A stretch of 64,000 bases of DNA, taken from positions 32,001 to 96,000 of the forward strand of contig CAVPSJ010000014.1 in NCBI GenBank assembly GCA_963708295.1. Direction: 5' to 3'. Under the pieces are notes generated by a model. The model searched no databases and was not told the origin of the DNA. It saw only the letters and a program-made list of their open reading frames with translations. Source of the DNA: an uncultured delta proteobacterium. GTDB lineage: Bacteria > Desulfobacterota > BSN033 > UBA1163. The position numbers were made by a program, and so were the translations under genes. Below are positions 8,052 through 18,563 of this stretch, one piece after another (within the stretch, counting starts at the first letter, position 1; each line of letters starts with the position of its first letter).

Positions 8052-9671
8052 ATGATTCCGAAAAAAGCTCCATGCCCCTTGCTCTCTGCCCTATGCCCTT
8101 TGCGCTCTCGCCCCTCAGGGGAGAGGGGAAAAGCCTGCCGCGTTCTTAATACCGGGGGGAGGGGTCGTATGCCTGCCCTCCGAAAGCTCGCTGCAGGAGG
8201 GCACTATGCTCTACCTGGCCTACGAAGCCTCCGATTCTGGGGCGTAGTGGGCTGCGCTATGCTGATTCTTGCAATGCTGGGTTGCCAGGCAGCCGTGACA
8301 AGGATTAGGCCTCCCCTTGAAGAGGAGGGGGAAGTCTATCTTTATATCCAGGCTTATCCTCAGGAGGCCGAGCGACTCCGGTTTACGGTTGACGAAGCAT
8401 TTGCAGTCAGCGCTGATGGAAGAGAATTCCCGTTGGATACTTATTTGCACGAAATAAAATCGAGTGACTTGAGAAGGCAGCGGCTTCTGGGTTCCGGCAG
8501 AATTCCACCTGGTTCCTATGTCGGTTTCTCGTTCAAGACCAAAAAAGCTACTTTAAGGGGCGAAGAGGGTGAAGCCGACCTTTTGGTACCCGAGAAGTCC
8601 GTGCGAAGTGAATTCAATTTCAGGGTGAATAGAAAGACCGGATATGTTTTCTTTCTTTCCTTCAAGTATAAGGAGTCGATCGAAGCCGGTTTCAGCTTCA
8701 GTCCTGTATTTTCCGTATCTGTTCCAGCTAAACCCATCTTAAGCCTTGCCGGGTATATAAGCAACGCGGTTTCCAGCAATCTCACGGTATTTGATAAGAA
8801 AGCGACGCAGGTTACAGGCTTAATACCTGTCGGACGGGAACCGTCGGGAATGGCACTCGACCAGAGATCAAGAAGACTTTACGTGGCGGACTCAGGAGAT
8901 AATGAAATCTTAGTCGTAGACATTCTGGCAGATCAGGTGACAAACAAAATTAGACTGACCAGTGGAGATCGCCCACTGGAGCTGGCCCTTACCCCTGACG
9001 GGAGGACGCTCCTTTCGGTCAATCATGGTTCGAATACCGTAAGTTTCATAGACCCTACTTCTCTGTTTGAGTTGAACAGGGTAAATGTCGGCAATGGCCC
9101 TCGCTCCATTGTGATCGATCCTGCCGGCAGAAGGGCTTATGTGTTCAATACCGTCTCTGGGACGATCACTGTGCTCGACATACCAAACCGGGCCATCATC
9201 ACCACGTTTTCCACGGACCCCGGTCCGTTAAGAGGGGACTTCAGCCCAAAGGGTGATAACCTTTATGTCATTCACGAGCTCTCTTCTTATCTGGCAGTCA
9301 TTGACCCTGTCTCATTCAGAGTCTTGAAGAGATTTTCGATTGGGCCTGGAATGATCTCGATCAAGGTCGACAGCCGGACAGGTCTGGTTTATATTAGCCG
9401 AAGGAATGATATTTTTGTGGGAGTATACAATCCCTTCTCTTTTGTTGCCGTCGATCTTATAAGAACCGGAGGGACAGTCAATTATATGACGATTGACGAT
9501 GAGGAAAATAACCTCTACATGGTTAGCTCTGAGATGAAGAGAATCATTGTGAGTAACCTCGTGAGAAAAAAGATTCTGTATGAGGTCGATGTGGGGGAAA
9601 CCCCCTACTGGGTGAGCGTCATGGGGGAACGTCTTCTGCAGATTATTAGAACACCCGTTTTTCGACAATAA
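8052..9671 (+). CDS. YVTN/YncE beta-propeller lipoprotein (osc-cluster component)
   Basis: Strong RBS AAGGAGGTG and lipobox-like LAMLG|C. YVTN repeats (AGYISNAVSSNLTVFD, IPVGREPSGMALD, VNVGNGPRSIVID). Start uncertain because the N-region contains repeat-derived sequence. Confidence 0.8.
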   Translation: MIPKKAPCPLLSALCPLRSRPSGERGKACRVLNTGGRGRMPALRKLAAGGHYALPGLRSLRFWGVVGCAMLILAMLGCQAAVTRIRPPLEEEGEVYLYIQAYPQEAERLRFTVDEAFAVSADGREFPLDTYLHEIKSSDLRRQRLLGSGRIPPGSYVGFSFKTKKATLRGEEGEADLLVPEKSVRSEFNFRVNRKTGYVFFLSFKYKESIEAGFSFSPVFSVSVPAKPILSLAGYISNAVSSNLTVFDKKATQVTGLIPVGREPSGMALDQRSRRLYVADSGDNEILVVDILADQVTNKIRLTSGDRPLELALTPDGRTLLSVNHGSNTVSFIDPTSLFELNRVNVGNGPRSIVIDPAGRRAYVFNTVSGTITVLDIPNRAIITTFSTDPGPLRGDFSPKGDNLYVIHELSSYLAVIDPVSFRVLKRFSIGPGMISIKVDSRTGLVYISRRNDIFVGVYNPFSFVAVDLIRTGGTVNYMTIDDEENNLYMVSSEMKRIIVSNLVRKKILYEVDVGETPYWVSVMGERLLQIIRTPVFRQ

Positions 9672-10480
9672 GAAGCATAGAGCATGGCAACATAATGAGC
9701 ACCAAATTCCAAACCACAAATTCCAAATAAGCTCCAATGACCCAAATTCAAAAATCCAAACTCTTTGATTTAGAAGAAAGGTTCTTCGCTCTCCTCCAAC
9801 CATTCCCTCTTTGGCAAAAGGGTAGATCCGAACATTCCCCCCTTTGGAAAAGGGTAAATCCAAACACTCCCCCCTTTGGAAAAGGGGGGTGGGGGGGGAT
9901 TTTTAGAACATATGCTTTCTTATGATAAGCAGTTGAAATCGTTATCGCAGCATCTCAGAAAAAATATGACGGATGCTGAAAACCTATTGTGGTCAAAATT
10001 GAGGCGAAAGCAACTGAAAGGGCATCCGTTTTATCGTCAAAAGATTATCGGGAAGTATATCGTTGATTTTTACTGTCCGAAGGCAAATCTTGTTGTAGAG
10101 CTTGATGGTGGACAACACTATTCTGAGATAGGGCAAGTAAGAGATAGGGTAAGAGACGATGTTCTTGAGGAAATGGGATTAAAGGTCCTCAGGTTTTCGG
10201 ACAGGGATGTTTTTGAGAATATCGGCGGAGTGACGGAAATGATATGGAGTCGTTTATGACCTATAAAATCTCCCCTTGCCCCTCTTTACCAAAGAGGGGG
10301 AAAGAAAGAGAGAAATTTGCCAAAGAGGGGAAAAGGAAAAGGTCCGATGGATGCCAGGGGGGATTATTTGGAGCTTGGAATTTGGGATTTGGAGTTTTAA
10401 AAAAAGTTGATATGTCCCTTGCCAATTGTTCTATCCTTGTCAAATTTATCCCTCTGCTCTCTGCCCTCTGCTCTCTGCTG
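9672..10480. mobile_element. Nested palindromic repeat cassette centred on a DUF559 endonuclease gene
   Basis: Three concentric inverted layers around the gene (see findings). Confidence 0.6.
9912..10259 (+). CDS. DUF559 (Vsr-like) endonuclease
   Basis: LRKNMTDAENLLWSKLRRKQLKG.PFYRQKIIGKYIVDFYC...VVELDGGQHY...DRVRD..L...GLKVLRF is the DUF559 signature. Confidence 0.92.
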   Translation: MLSYDKQLKSLSQHLRKNMTDAENLLWSKLRRKQLKGHPFYRQKIIGKYIVDFYCPKANLVVELDGGQHYSEIGQVRDRVRDDVLEEMGLKVLRFSDRDVFENIGGVTEMIWSRL

Positions 10481-12670
10481 ATTTTATTGTTGCTGTTGCC
10501 TATTGGGGCAAATGCCCAGGGTCTATTTCAGGGAATTACCGGCTCTTTGGAATTCAATTACAATTATTTGACTTCCAAGACAACCGATGCGACCGGAAAT
10601 ACGGTGAAAACAAGAGCACAGACCTATTTCCCTCGATTTCAATTTGATATCAACACGGATATCTTTCCCAATCTGAGACTAATGGCTGGCGGGATTGCGG
10701 AAGGGTTTATAACAGACCTTAAATCAGATGGGTCTGACGTCACGACGACGCAGCTTAATTTCAGACCATACATCGATCTTACTCTGAGGACGCCCTTTTA
10801 TTGGGCGAGTATGGGCTACGTGAGAAGACAGCAGATAACAGATGCCACGAATTCGTCTTCTATCAATCTTATCAGAGATGAGTATTACGGAATTCTTGGA
10901 TTGCGACCCGAGGGGTTACCATTCATGGAGTTGCAACTTAGAAAGAGAGATTCTTATGACGATGCCAAGTCAATCCTGAATACTACGGAGGAGTTGATCA
11001 GCCTCAATTCAAGATATCAATATAAAGGTCTTCTGCTTGATTATTACGGTACTTATCTGCATACGAAAGATGAAGTACGCAATCTTGACGTTGTCCAGCA
11101 GACCCATACGGGGAGAGCTTCCTATTCAGATTCGTTTCTTGATAAACGATTAGCGGTCAATACCAATTATAACGTATTGTACCAGGGAACGACGACCAAA
11201 TCAACAAAACAAGGAGTCATAGACCAGGGAGTTGTAACCTCTCAGGCCTTTCCCACCGGAGGCCTCTTCGCCATAGATGATACACCTCTCGATGGTGCGT
11301 TAAATCCGAATCCTGCCCTCATTGATGGTGATCTGACAGCCAGTGCGGGAATCAATATCGGCCTGCCTCCGGGAGTAGATACCAGTCTGAGGAATATTGG
11401 TCTCGACTTCACGACCCCCACGGAGGTGAACCGGCTCCTCCTGTGGGTTGACAGGGATCTTTCTACGGCGTCCGATATTGTAAATTTCTTTTCTTTAAAC
11501 TTGAAGGTCTACGTCAGTTCCGATAATTTGAACTGGGTCGCCTGGCCAATCACTCCTCCAATCACTTTTGGACCTTTCGAAAATCGTTTTGAAATTAAAT
11601 TTGCAAACGTCGTTCCTCCCAGACGCTTTATAAAGGTGGTGACCCCTCCCTTGAGTCCGGCTGTTCCAGGGGCCTTTGGCTTTCCGAACATTTTCATCAC
11701 AGAATTACAGGCATTCCTTGATACATCAACAAGTACTTTCCAAAATAATAGGCAAAATAAGACCAACACAATTACCAACAACTATGATATAGACTTGAAA
11801 ATGAGGATTCTGGACGATCCGTCTTTGTTCTATGAATTCTATGGTTACTACAATAACAGGCAGAACGCTGTTGACGAGACGAGGTATACCATCTCGAATG
11901 CATTTTACACTTTCCATAGATTTAACGAAGTCTTTTCAGGCAGGGCAAGGGTGGCAGTGGAAAATGGAAAGGAACTGGAAGATAAGAGGGTTGCTTATAT
12001 TTATGATGCTGCGCTTATAGCCGACCCCTTGAGAACGCTCCACAATAGCCTCGTCGTCAACGGCAGGAACGAAGAAATAGGCGGGAGACCTAATGATGTG
12101 AATTCGGTATTTCTATATAACACCGCGCAATTGTATAAAGGGATAGATGTGAGTCTTAATGGCGGTGTAAATTTTACAAAGCAGGAAACGGGTGAAAGCG
12201 GAAGAGATTTTATTATTACTTTTCAGACGAATATCGTACCTCACAGAACGCTGACTCTGGGACTCAATTACAATAATACGGTAGCCCAGAAATCAGGGGG
12301 AAATCTGGGTTCCACGTCAACCACTACACAAATCCTTGATATTAATTTGAATTACAATCCCTTCACGACTTTAAATCTTTTTGCTTATCTCCAGTATGTT
12401 AGGGAATCGGGACAGAAGGATAGGATCCTTCAGAATTACGCTATCAACTGGATGCCTTTTCCCGATGGAGCACTTCAGTTTAATATTGCTTATAATGAAA
12501 ATTATAGGTCCGAGGACCACTTAACGGAAAGAATTTTCGTGCCAAGCGTCCGATATTACCTTTCAAAACGGTCATACTTACAAGTTTCATATCAATTAAT
12601 TCGAAGCAGTAGCGATATCGAGAAGATAGATTCGAACCTGTTTAGTACAAGTCTAAAGATATATTTCTGA
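10412..12670 (+). CDS. Large outer-membrane beta-barrel with inserted soluble domain (osc-cluster channel candidate)
   Basis: Signal peptide ending ANA|Q, alternating beta-strands rich in Y/N/F, C-terminal LKIYF. Central insert (LIDGD...RNIGLDF..PTEVNRLLLW...KVYVSSDNLNW...RFIKVV...ITELQAF) resembles a discoidin/F5-8 module. Confidence 0.8.
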   Translation: MSLANCSILVKFIPLLSALCSLLILLLLLPIGANAQGLFQGITGSLEFNYNYLTSKTTDATGNTVKTRAQTYFPRFQFDINTDIFPNLRLMAGGIAEGFITDLKSDGSDVTTTQLNFRPYIDLTLRTPFYWASMGYVRRQQITDATNSSSINLIRDEYYGILGLRPEGLPFMELQLRKRDSYDDAKSILNTTEELISLNSRYQYKGLLLDYYGTYLHTKDEVRNLDVVQQTHTGRASYSDSFLDKRLAVNTNYNVLYQGTTTKSTKQGVIDQGVVTSQAFPTGGLFAIDDTPLDGALNPNPALIDGDLTASAGINIGLPPGVDTSLRNIGLDFTTPTEVNRLLLWVDRDLSTASDIVNFFSLNLKVYVSSDNLNWVAWPITPPITFGPFENRFEIKFANVVPPRRFIKVVTPPLSPAVPGAFGFPNIFITELQAFLDTSTSTFQNNRQNKTNTITNNYDIDLKMRILDDPSLFYEFYGYYNNRQNAVDETRYTISNAFYTFHRFNEVFSGRARVAVENGKELEDKRVAYIYDAALIADPLRTLHNSLVVNGRNEEIGGRPNDVNSVFLYNTAQLYKGIDVSLNGGVNFTKQETGESGRDFIITFQTNIVPHRTLTLGLNYNNTVAQKSGGNLGSTSTTTQILDINLNYNPFTTLNLFAYLQYVRESGQKDRILQNYAINWMPFPDGALQFNIAYNENYRSEDHLTERIFVPSVRYYLSKRSYLQVSYQLIRSSSDIEKIDSNLFSTSLKIYF

Positions 12671-12699
12671 TGGAAATGGTTGAATCTTACTATACCGGC

Positions 12700-12745
12700 G
12701 GCTAACCCTTCTCTCCCCACTGGGAGAGGGAAGAGACGGCTCCCA
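12700..12745. repeat. boxC-like hairpin
   Basis: CTAACCCTTCTCTCCCCACTGGGAGAGGGAAG. Confidence 0.5.
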
Positions 12746-12822
12746 TTGATTTCTGCTTTTTTTTCAGTAATATATAAAATGCACAATTCTTCACAAAATA
12801 ATTTTTAACGGGGGGGGATATT

Positions 12823-13407
12823 GTGATTGGTAAAATGAGAATTAGGCATCTAAAAATTTTCCTCATTTTTTCTGTCTTCTTCTTAACCTCATGTGCGACT
12901 TCATTAAGGGATGTCTATATCGACCCGAATATGGACTTCGGGGCAGTTAAAAGTATAGCCGTAATGCCTTTTTTGAGTCTTGCAAGAGATCCGGTTGTGG
13001 CCGACAGGGTAAGAGATGTCTTTATTAACAAGCTCTTGGCAACAGGCGCTGTCTATGTCCTGCCGGTTGGAGAAGTCGCCCGGGGAACCGCAAGGGCGGA
13101 AATTCAGAATCCCTCTGCGCCCTCTCCTGAAGAGGCGGTGAAGTTAGGGGGAATTATCAAGGTCCAGGCAATCATTACAGGGACGGTAAGGGAATACGGT
13201 GAGGTGAGATCCGGAACAGCTGCCGCAAATGTTGCATCTGTTAGCGTTCAGATGATCGAGACACAGACCGGCAAAGTCGTGTGGTCGGCTTCCTCTACGG
13301 AAGGTGGAGTTAATATATGGGACCGTCTTTTCGGCGGAGGTGGCAAGCCGATGAATAAAGTGACCGAGAAAGCAGTCGATGATCTTATCCGAAAACTATT
13401 CAAATAA
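12823..13407 (+). CDS. CsgG/GNA1162(DUF799)-like lipoprotein
   Basis: Lipobox LTS|C, then SIAVMPF, VQAIITGTVREY and QMIETQTGKVVWSAS. Confidence 0.8.
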   Translation: MIGKMRIRHLKIFLIFSVFFLTSCATSLRDVYIDPNMDFGAVKSIAVMPFLSLARDPVVADRVRDVFINKLLATGAVYVLPVGEVARGTARAEIQNPSAPSPEEAVKLGGIIKVQAIITGTVREYGEVRSGTAAANVASVSVQMIETQTGKVVWSASSTEGGVNIWDRLFGGGGKPMNKVTEKAVDDLIRKLFK

Positions 13408-14541
13408 ATTCATCTTGATTCTGATTCTGAGCTCTATTCCTCTTTCCAAACTTCGCAGTTAGCGAAGAGCTTGGAAAAGAAAATGTTGCCGCGACGAAGG
13501 AAGGAATCCGGGTTGCCGTCTTGCCACTTGAAAACCTCAGTGGGACAATGGCGCCTATCAAAGAGATCAGGCAGATCTTCATTGAAAAGTTGAGAAAGGC
13601 GGGGGTTGACGTTCTCAATGAAGAGGCTTTAGAGAAGTTTATGGCAAAGCACCGTATCCGGTACACGGGCGGGATCGACAAGAATACAGCTCAAGCGTTT
13701 AAACAAGAAGTAAACGTCGACGGTGTCTTCATTGCCTCATTAGAGTTCTACAGCGATGCCAACCCCCCAAAGATTTCTTTGATCTCCAGATTGGTTTCAA
13801 CAGGGGAAAGTCCTTCTATTTTGTGGATGGACGGAGTTGGATTAGCCGGAGACGATTCAAGAGGTCTTCTGGACCTGGGGCTGATCGAGGACCCCAAAGT
13901 TCTTTTGGACAAGGCGATGAACGTGATGTTCGATTCGCTGTATCGGTATCTTTCGACGAAAGCAGATGCAGAGAGAAGGGCATGTTGCCAAGAGGAAGTT
14001 TCGACCCAAAATGTTTTACCGTTCTCCAGCCCTGGATCAGGAAAGAAAATATACGGTGGCCATTGTTCCCTTCGTGAATTTGAGCGGGAGAAAATATGCG
14101 GGAGATATTCTCGTCCTTCATCTTGCCAAGGAACTAAAAAAATATGACAATTTCAATGTGATTGAATTTGGCATGGTGAGACAGACTTTCCTTGAATTGA
14201 GGATTATTATGGACCAGGGAATCTCACTGCCCCAAGCTGATCCTATCTTTGCCTTATTGAACGCAGACCTGATTCTGTCAGGAGATGTTACCGATTATGA
14301 CGATTACCATGGAATATGGGGAATACCCAAAGTTGGGTTTACCACTCAGCTCATCGCAAAAAAGAATCGGGAGGTCGTTTGGAGTTCAGATGGATACAAC
14401 GAAGGAGAGGATGGGGTCTTCTTTTTCGATCTGGGGAGAGTGAATACGGCACATGTTATGGCTTCTCAGATGGCACAGTGGATTGGTAAAATGGTGCTGG
14501 GCCAGGAGAAAAAGGTTCAAGCCTCTTCCAGTAAAGATTAA
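13379..14541 (+). CDS. Exported protein with two CsgG/LpoB-like domains, split by frameshifts
   Basis: Domains start RVAVLPLENLSG and TVAIVPFVNLSG. The 13521 and 13966 ORFs join, and an ATG at 13379 gives a hydrophobic leader after one further indel. Confidence 0.7.
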
Positions 14542-14576
14542 AATACGGAGAGATTTGGGAATCGAAGAGAGGTGAT

Positions 14577-16207
14577 ATGAGACATTTTACTGGGGCGTCA
14601 AGAATCATACTGGTGCTTGGTTTTCTTCTTGGAATTTCAAGCATCGGGTTAGGACAAGATCTGCCAATGATTAAAGGGAAGAAGACTGTTGCCATCGTAA
14701 ACGGGGAGCCCATTACCTTAAGCGAATTCAATCAGGAACGGCGCGGGAGTAGAAAGCGAAGAGAAGAGGCTGGATTTACTCCGGCGGTTGATTAACTCAC
14801 GGCTGATGATTCAGGAAGCGAGAAGAATGGGGATTGATCAGTTAAAGGAATTAAAAGAGAGGGTTGACGTATTTGCGAAGGTGACACTCCGGGAAAAGTT
14901 GCTGGAAACACATATTAGAAATATTAAACCCGATGAGAAAAGAAGTAGAGAAGGTCTACCGGGAAGCCGTCAAAGAGTTCAAAATCAAATCGATCGTTTT
15001 TGATAAAGAAGAAGACGCCAACCAGATGGAGGGCTTGCTTAAGGACGGGAAGGACTTCGATAAGGTGTTGGAGAAATTTCTCTCGGAAAAAAAGGGGAAG
15101 GGGAGTCAGGAAGGAGTCTTTTTGAAGAATAAGGCATTGTTGCCGGAGATCGCAGAGGCCGTTTCAAAAATGAATGTTGGATCGATTAGCCCAGTTGTTC
15201 GAATTAAATCAGGCTATGTCGTTTTCAAAATCGAAGACATCCGTTATCCTGAAGACCCTGAAATAAAGAAAGAAGTGGAACTGGACCTGCTTACAAAAAA
15301 GCAGCAGGAAGCCATATCCAAATACTGTGAGGACCTAAACAAAAAGTACGCAAAAGTAAATCAGGAGCTTCTCAAGAGCCTGGATTTTGAGTCGAAAGAA
15401 CCAGGGTTCGAGAACCTTATCAAGGATAAGCGTGTGGTGGCAGAGATAAAGGGGGAGAGACCCATCACGGTGGGTGAGCTCACGGATTATATGCGGCAGC
15501 AGCTTTATCATGGCGTAGAGATGGCCGTTGAATCAAAAAGATTGAACAAGAGAAAAGCAAAAATACTGGATGAAATGCTTCAAAAAAGAACCCTCAGGGT
15601 AGAAGCGCTCCGGTTGGGTCTGGACAAGAAGGAAAGCTATAAGAACCAGGTCAAAGAACACGAAAACTCGTTAATCTTCGCTGCTTTCATTCAAAAGGCT
15701 GTCGCCCCGGACATCAAATTGAAAGAAGAGGAACTTAGGGCCTACTATGATCAACATATTAACGATTACACCCATCCTGAGATGATGAAAATAAGCGGTC
15801 TCGTCTTTTCAAAAAGGGATGACGCAGAGAAGGCCATCACCAACTTGCGAAAGGGGACAGATTTCCGGTGGGTGAAAGAGAATGCTGAAGGGCAAATCAA
15901 TCAAAACGAAAAGGGTGTGTTGGTTTTTGATGGAAGGCTCCTCACGACAAAAGATCTGCCCGAAGGAGTGAGCAAGGCCGTCACCGGGGCCAAAGCGGGC
16001 GATTTCAGACTTTATGAAAGCCCGGAGAAACATTATTATGTTTTGTACGTTCAGGAGGTTAATCCCTCGAGACCCCAGCCCTATGCAGAGGCGAAAGAAG
16101 AGATTGCGAAGAAGATCTATAATGAAAAACTTATCAAAGCCGTGGAGGACTATGCGGACAAATTGAGAGCCGTTTCGGAGGTAAAAATTTTTCTAAAGGA
16201 CAACTAA
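14577..16207 (+). CDS. SurA/PpiC-type peptidyl-prolyl isomerase chaperone (two rotamase domains), split by frameshifts
   Basis: TVAIVNGEPITLSEF; LINSRLMIQEARRMGID; VGSISPVVRIKSGYVVFK; VAEIKGERPITVGEL. Three ORF pieces in different frames. Confidence 0.8.
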
Positions 16208-16443
16208 ATGCAAAGAGCATAGCCTAAAGGAGAAGCGCCAAATACCAAATACCAAATTTCATAAGGATATCAAAGCTTCAGTTTCCTGAACGACCCAATT
16301 GAAAACTATTTGAATTTTGGTCATTGGAGTTTATTTGGGATTTGGAGATTGGAATTTGGAGTTTATCTGAAGTTTGGGATTTGAAATTTGTCATTTGGGA
16401 TTTGAACTGTATACGCTATGCCCTCTGCCCTCTGCTCTATGCT
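16208..16443. repeat. Nested inverted heptamer tandem repeats
   Basis: Outer pair GCAAAGAGCATAGC / GCTATGCCCTCTGCCCTCTGCTCTATGC. Inner pair CCAAATACCAAATACCAAAT / ATTTGGGATTTGGAGATTGGAATTTGG. Confidence 0.7.
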
Positions 16444-16463
16444 TGAATTAAAAGGGAGTTGCC

Positions 16464-18465
16464 ATGTCATTCTTACGATCGAAAGTTAAAGTGCTCCTCT
16501 TAGGGATAGTCCTTTTACTCTGTGGAGTTCTGCTGTATGCCTGTGCCGAAGCGCCGCGGCAAAGGACCCTGGGAGGGGCTGCAGGTACGGGGAAGCGATT
16601 TGCACAGAAAGATTGCCTCGATTGTCACAAGAAGTTTGCGGACAAATATCTTGGGATGAAATATGTCCATGGGATGGTTAAAGAGAAAAAATGTGAAGAT
16701 TGCCATTTGCGTCATGGTCTTGTTCCAAAATTGATTCTGAAAAAAGAAGGTAACGAAATTTGCTATCCCTGCCACAGCCGGGAAAAGATAGGGCTAAACA
16801 AACCGAATGTTCATACGGCCCTGAAGAGAGGGAAATGCATTCAATGCCATAATCCCCATGCCTCCCAGTTCAGTCACCTGTTAAAAGCAGAAGGGAATGA
16901 AGCCTGCTATCAATGTCATAAAAAGGAGAATTACGAGAAGAAAGTCGTCCATAAAGTAGGGGCAAAAGGTTGTACGACGTGCCACTCTTCCCATAGTTCT
17001 GACCAGAAAGACCTTTTGGTGAAAGCGGAGACTCCTCTCTGCCTCAGCTGCCATGACAGCGGCAAGGAACCTTTTAAGAAGGCCCACGGGAATTATCCGG
17101 TGAATCAAGCCTTATGCTCAGGTTGCCATAATCCTCACTCTTCATCTCAAGTAAAGCTTCTGAAAACGAGCGCCCATAGTCCTGTGGCTTCAAAAGAATG
17201 CGATGCATGCCATAAGCCCCCGTCAGACCCAAAGCCTTTTGCGACCACGGAGGCAGGGAGCAAGCTCTGCTATAATTGTCATGACGCCTCAAAATTGAAA
17301 GCCGGTGGAAGTGTAGAACATGGTCCTTTTAAAGAAGGAGAATGTCTTACTTGTCATACCGCCCATACTTCGGAATACCCGCAGCTTCTTGCTAAGAGAG
17401 GGAATCTTCTCTGTTTTGATTGTCATAAGGAAAAAAGTGAGAAGCGTGGCCGTCAATCATGCTCCTGTCACCAGTGAAAAGGGATGCCTTTCCTGCCATC
17501 CGCCTCACGCCGCCAAATACAAGAATCTTCTAAACACAAAAGACGCAGCTCTATGTTTTTCATGCCATACGAAGACAAGGGACGCGCCGAAGTCTAAAGT
17601 ATCTCATGCTCCCTTTTGTCGAAGGGGAATGTAATTCATGCCATAATCCTCATGGTTCGAATATCAAAAATATTATTAAGGACAGGATGGACAGGGTTTG
17701 TTATACGTGCCATTCCGATGCCGAAGCAAAGTTTTTGAAGACCTATACCCATAAACCCGTCGTGGATGCGAACTGTGATGCCTGCCATCAGTCCCACGGA
17801 TCGAATGAGAAGAATCTCCTGAAATTTAGCGGTTCCAAGATGTGCGCTCAGTGTCATGGCGATCTCATGAAAGCGGAGACGAGCGGCACGAACCATAACC
17901 CTTTTGCAGAAGGGGAATGTCTCACATGCCATGATGCCCATGGGAGCAATATTAAAGGGATGACCGTGAATAAAGAAGGTGCTCTCTGTTTCTCTTGCCA
18001 CGGAGATGTGAGCAAAGGGCTAAAAGCTGCAAAGAGCCAGCACAAGCCCCTGTTAACGGATGAATGTACGAAGTGCCACAGCCCTCACAAGACAAAATTA
18101 GACAAACTTCTTTTGGCAAAGAGTCCTGATCTTTGTCTGACCTGTCATAAAGACCTGAAGACCAAGATGGAAAAGGAAAAGGCGCATCAACCGGCTGCTC
18201 GGGATTGCGAGAGATGCCATAAGCCCCATTTTTCAGCGGAGTCGCCTCCTGATGAATCAGGCCATTCAGCCCTTATGCGGGGAATGCCACGATTTTAAGA
18301 AGCCAGCCTTTGGCAAGGCTCACCTCGATATCGAGGCGGCGTGTCATGGATTGCAGAACTTGCCATGATCCCCATGCTTCAAAAGACCCGAAGTTCTTCA
18401 AGACTGTTATTCATCCTCCGTTTGCGGGAAGGTCGTGTGAGGACTGCCACGTCGTCAGTAAGTAA
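16464..18465 (+). CDS. 26-heme lipoprotein cytochrome c, split by frameshifts
   Basis: Lipobox LYA|C. CxxCH count over the joined frames is 12 + 2 + 9 + 3 (CGECH, CRTCH, CEDCH) = 26, with recurring CxxCHxPH..LL repeats. Confidence 0.85.
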
Positions 18466-18563
18466 AGATGCAAAGCGCATAGAGCATGAGGGCACGGGGC
18501 ATAGGGAAAGAGAGAAAAGATATTACGGACTGACGGATTGAAAGAGTTATGAAAGGGTATCCA

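Noticed and set aside
9800-9900. Mini CRISPR array (three similar hairpins)
   Set aside because: Spacers are very short and similar to each other. It fits the boxC-like repeat family instead.
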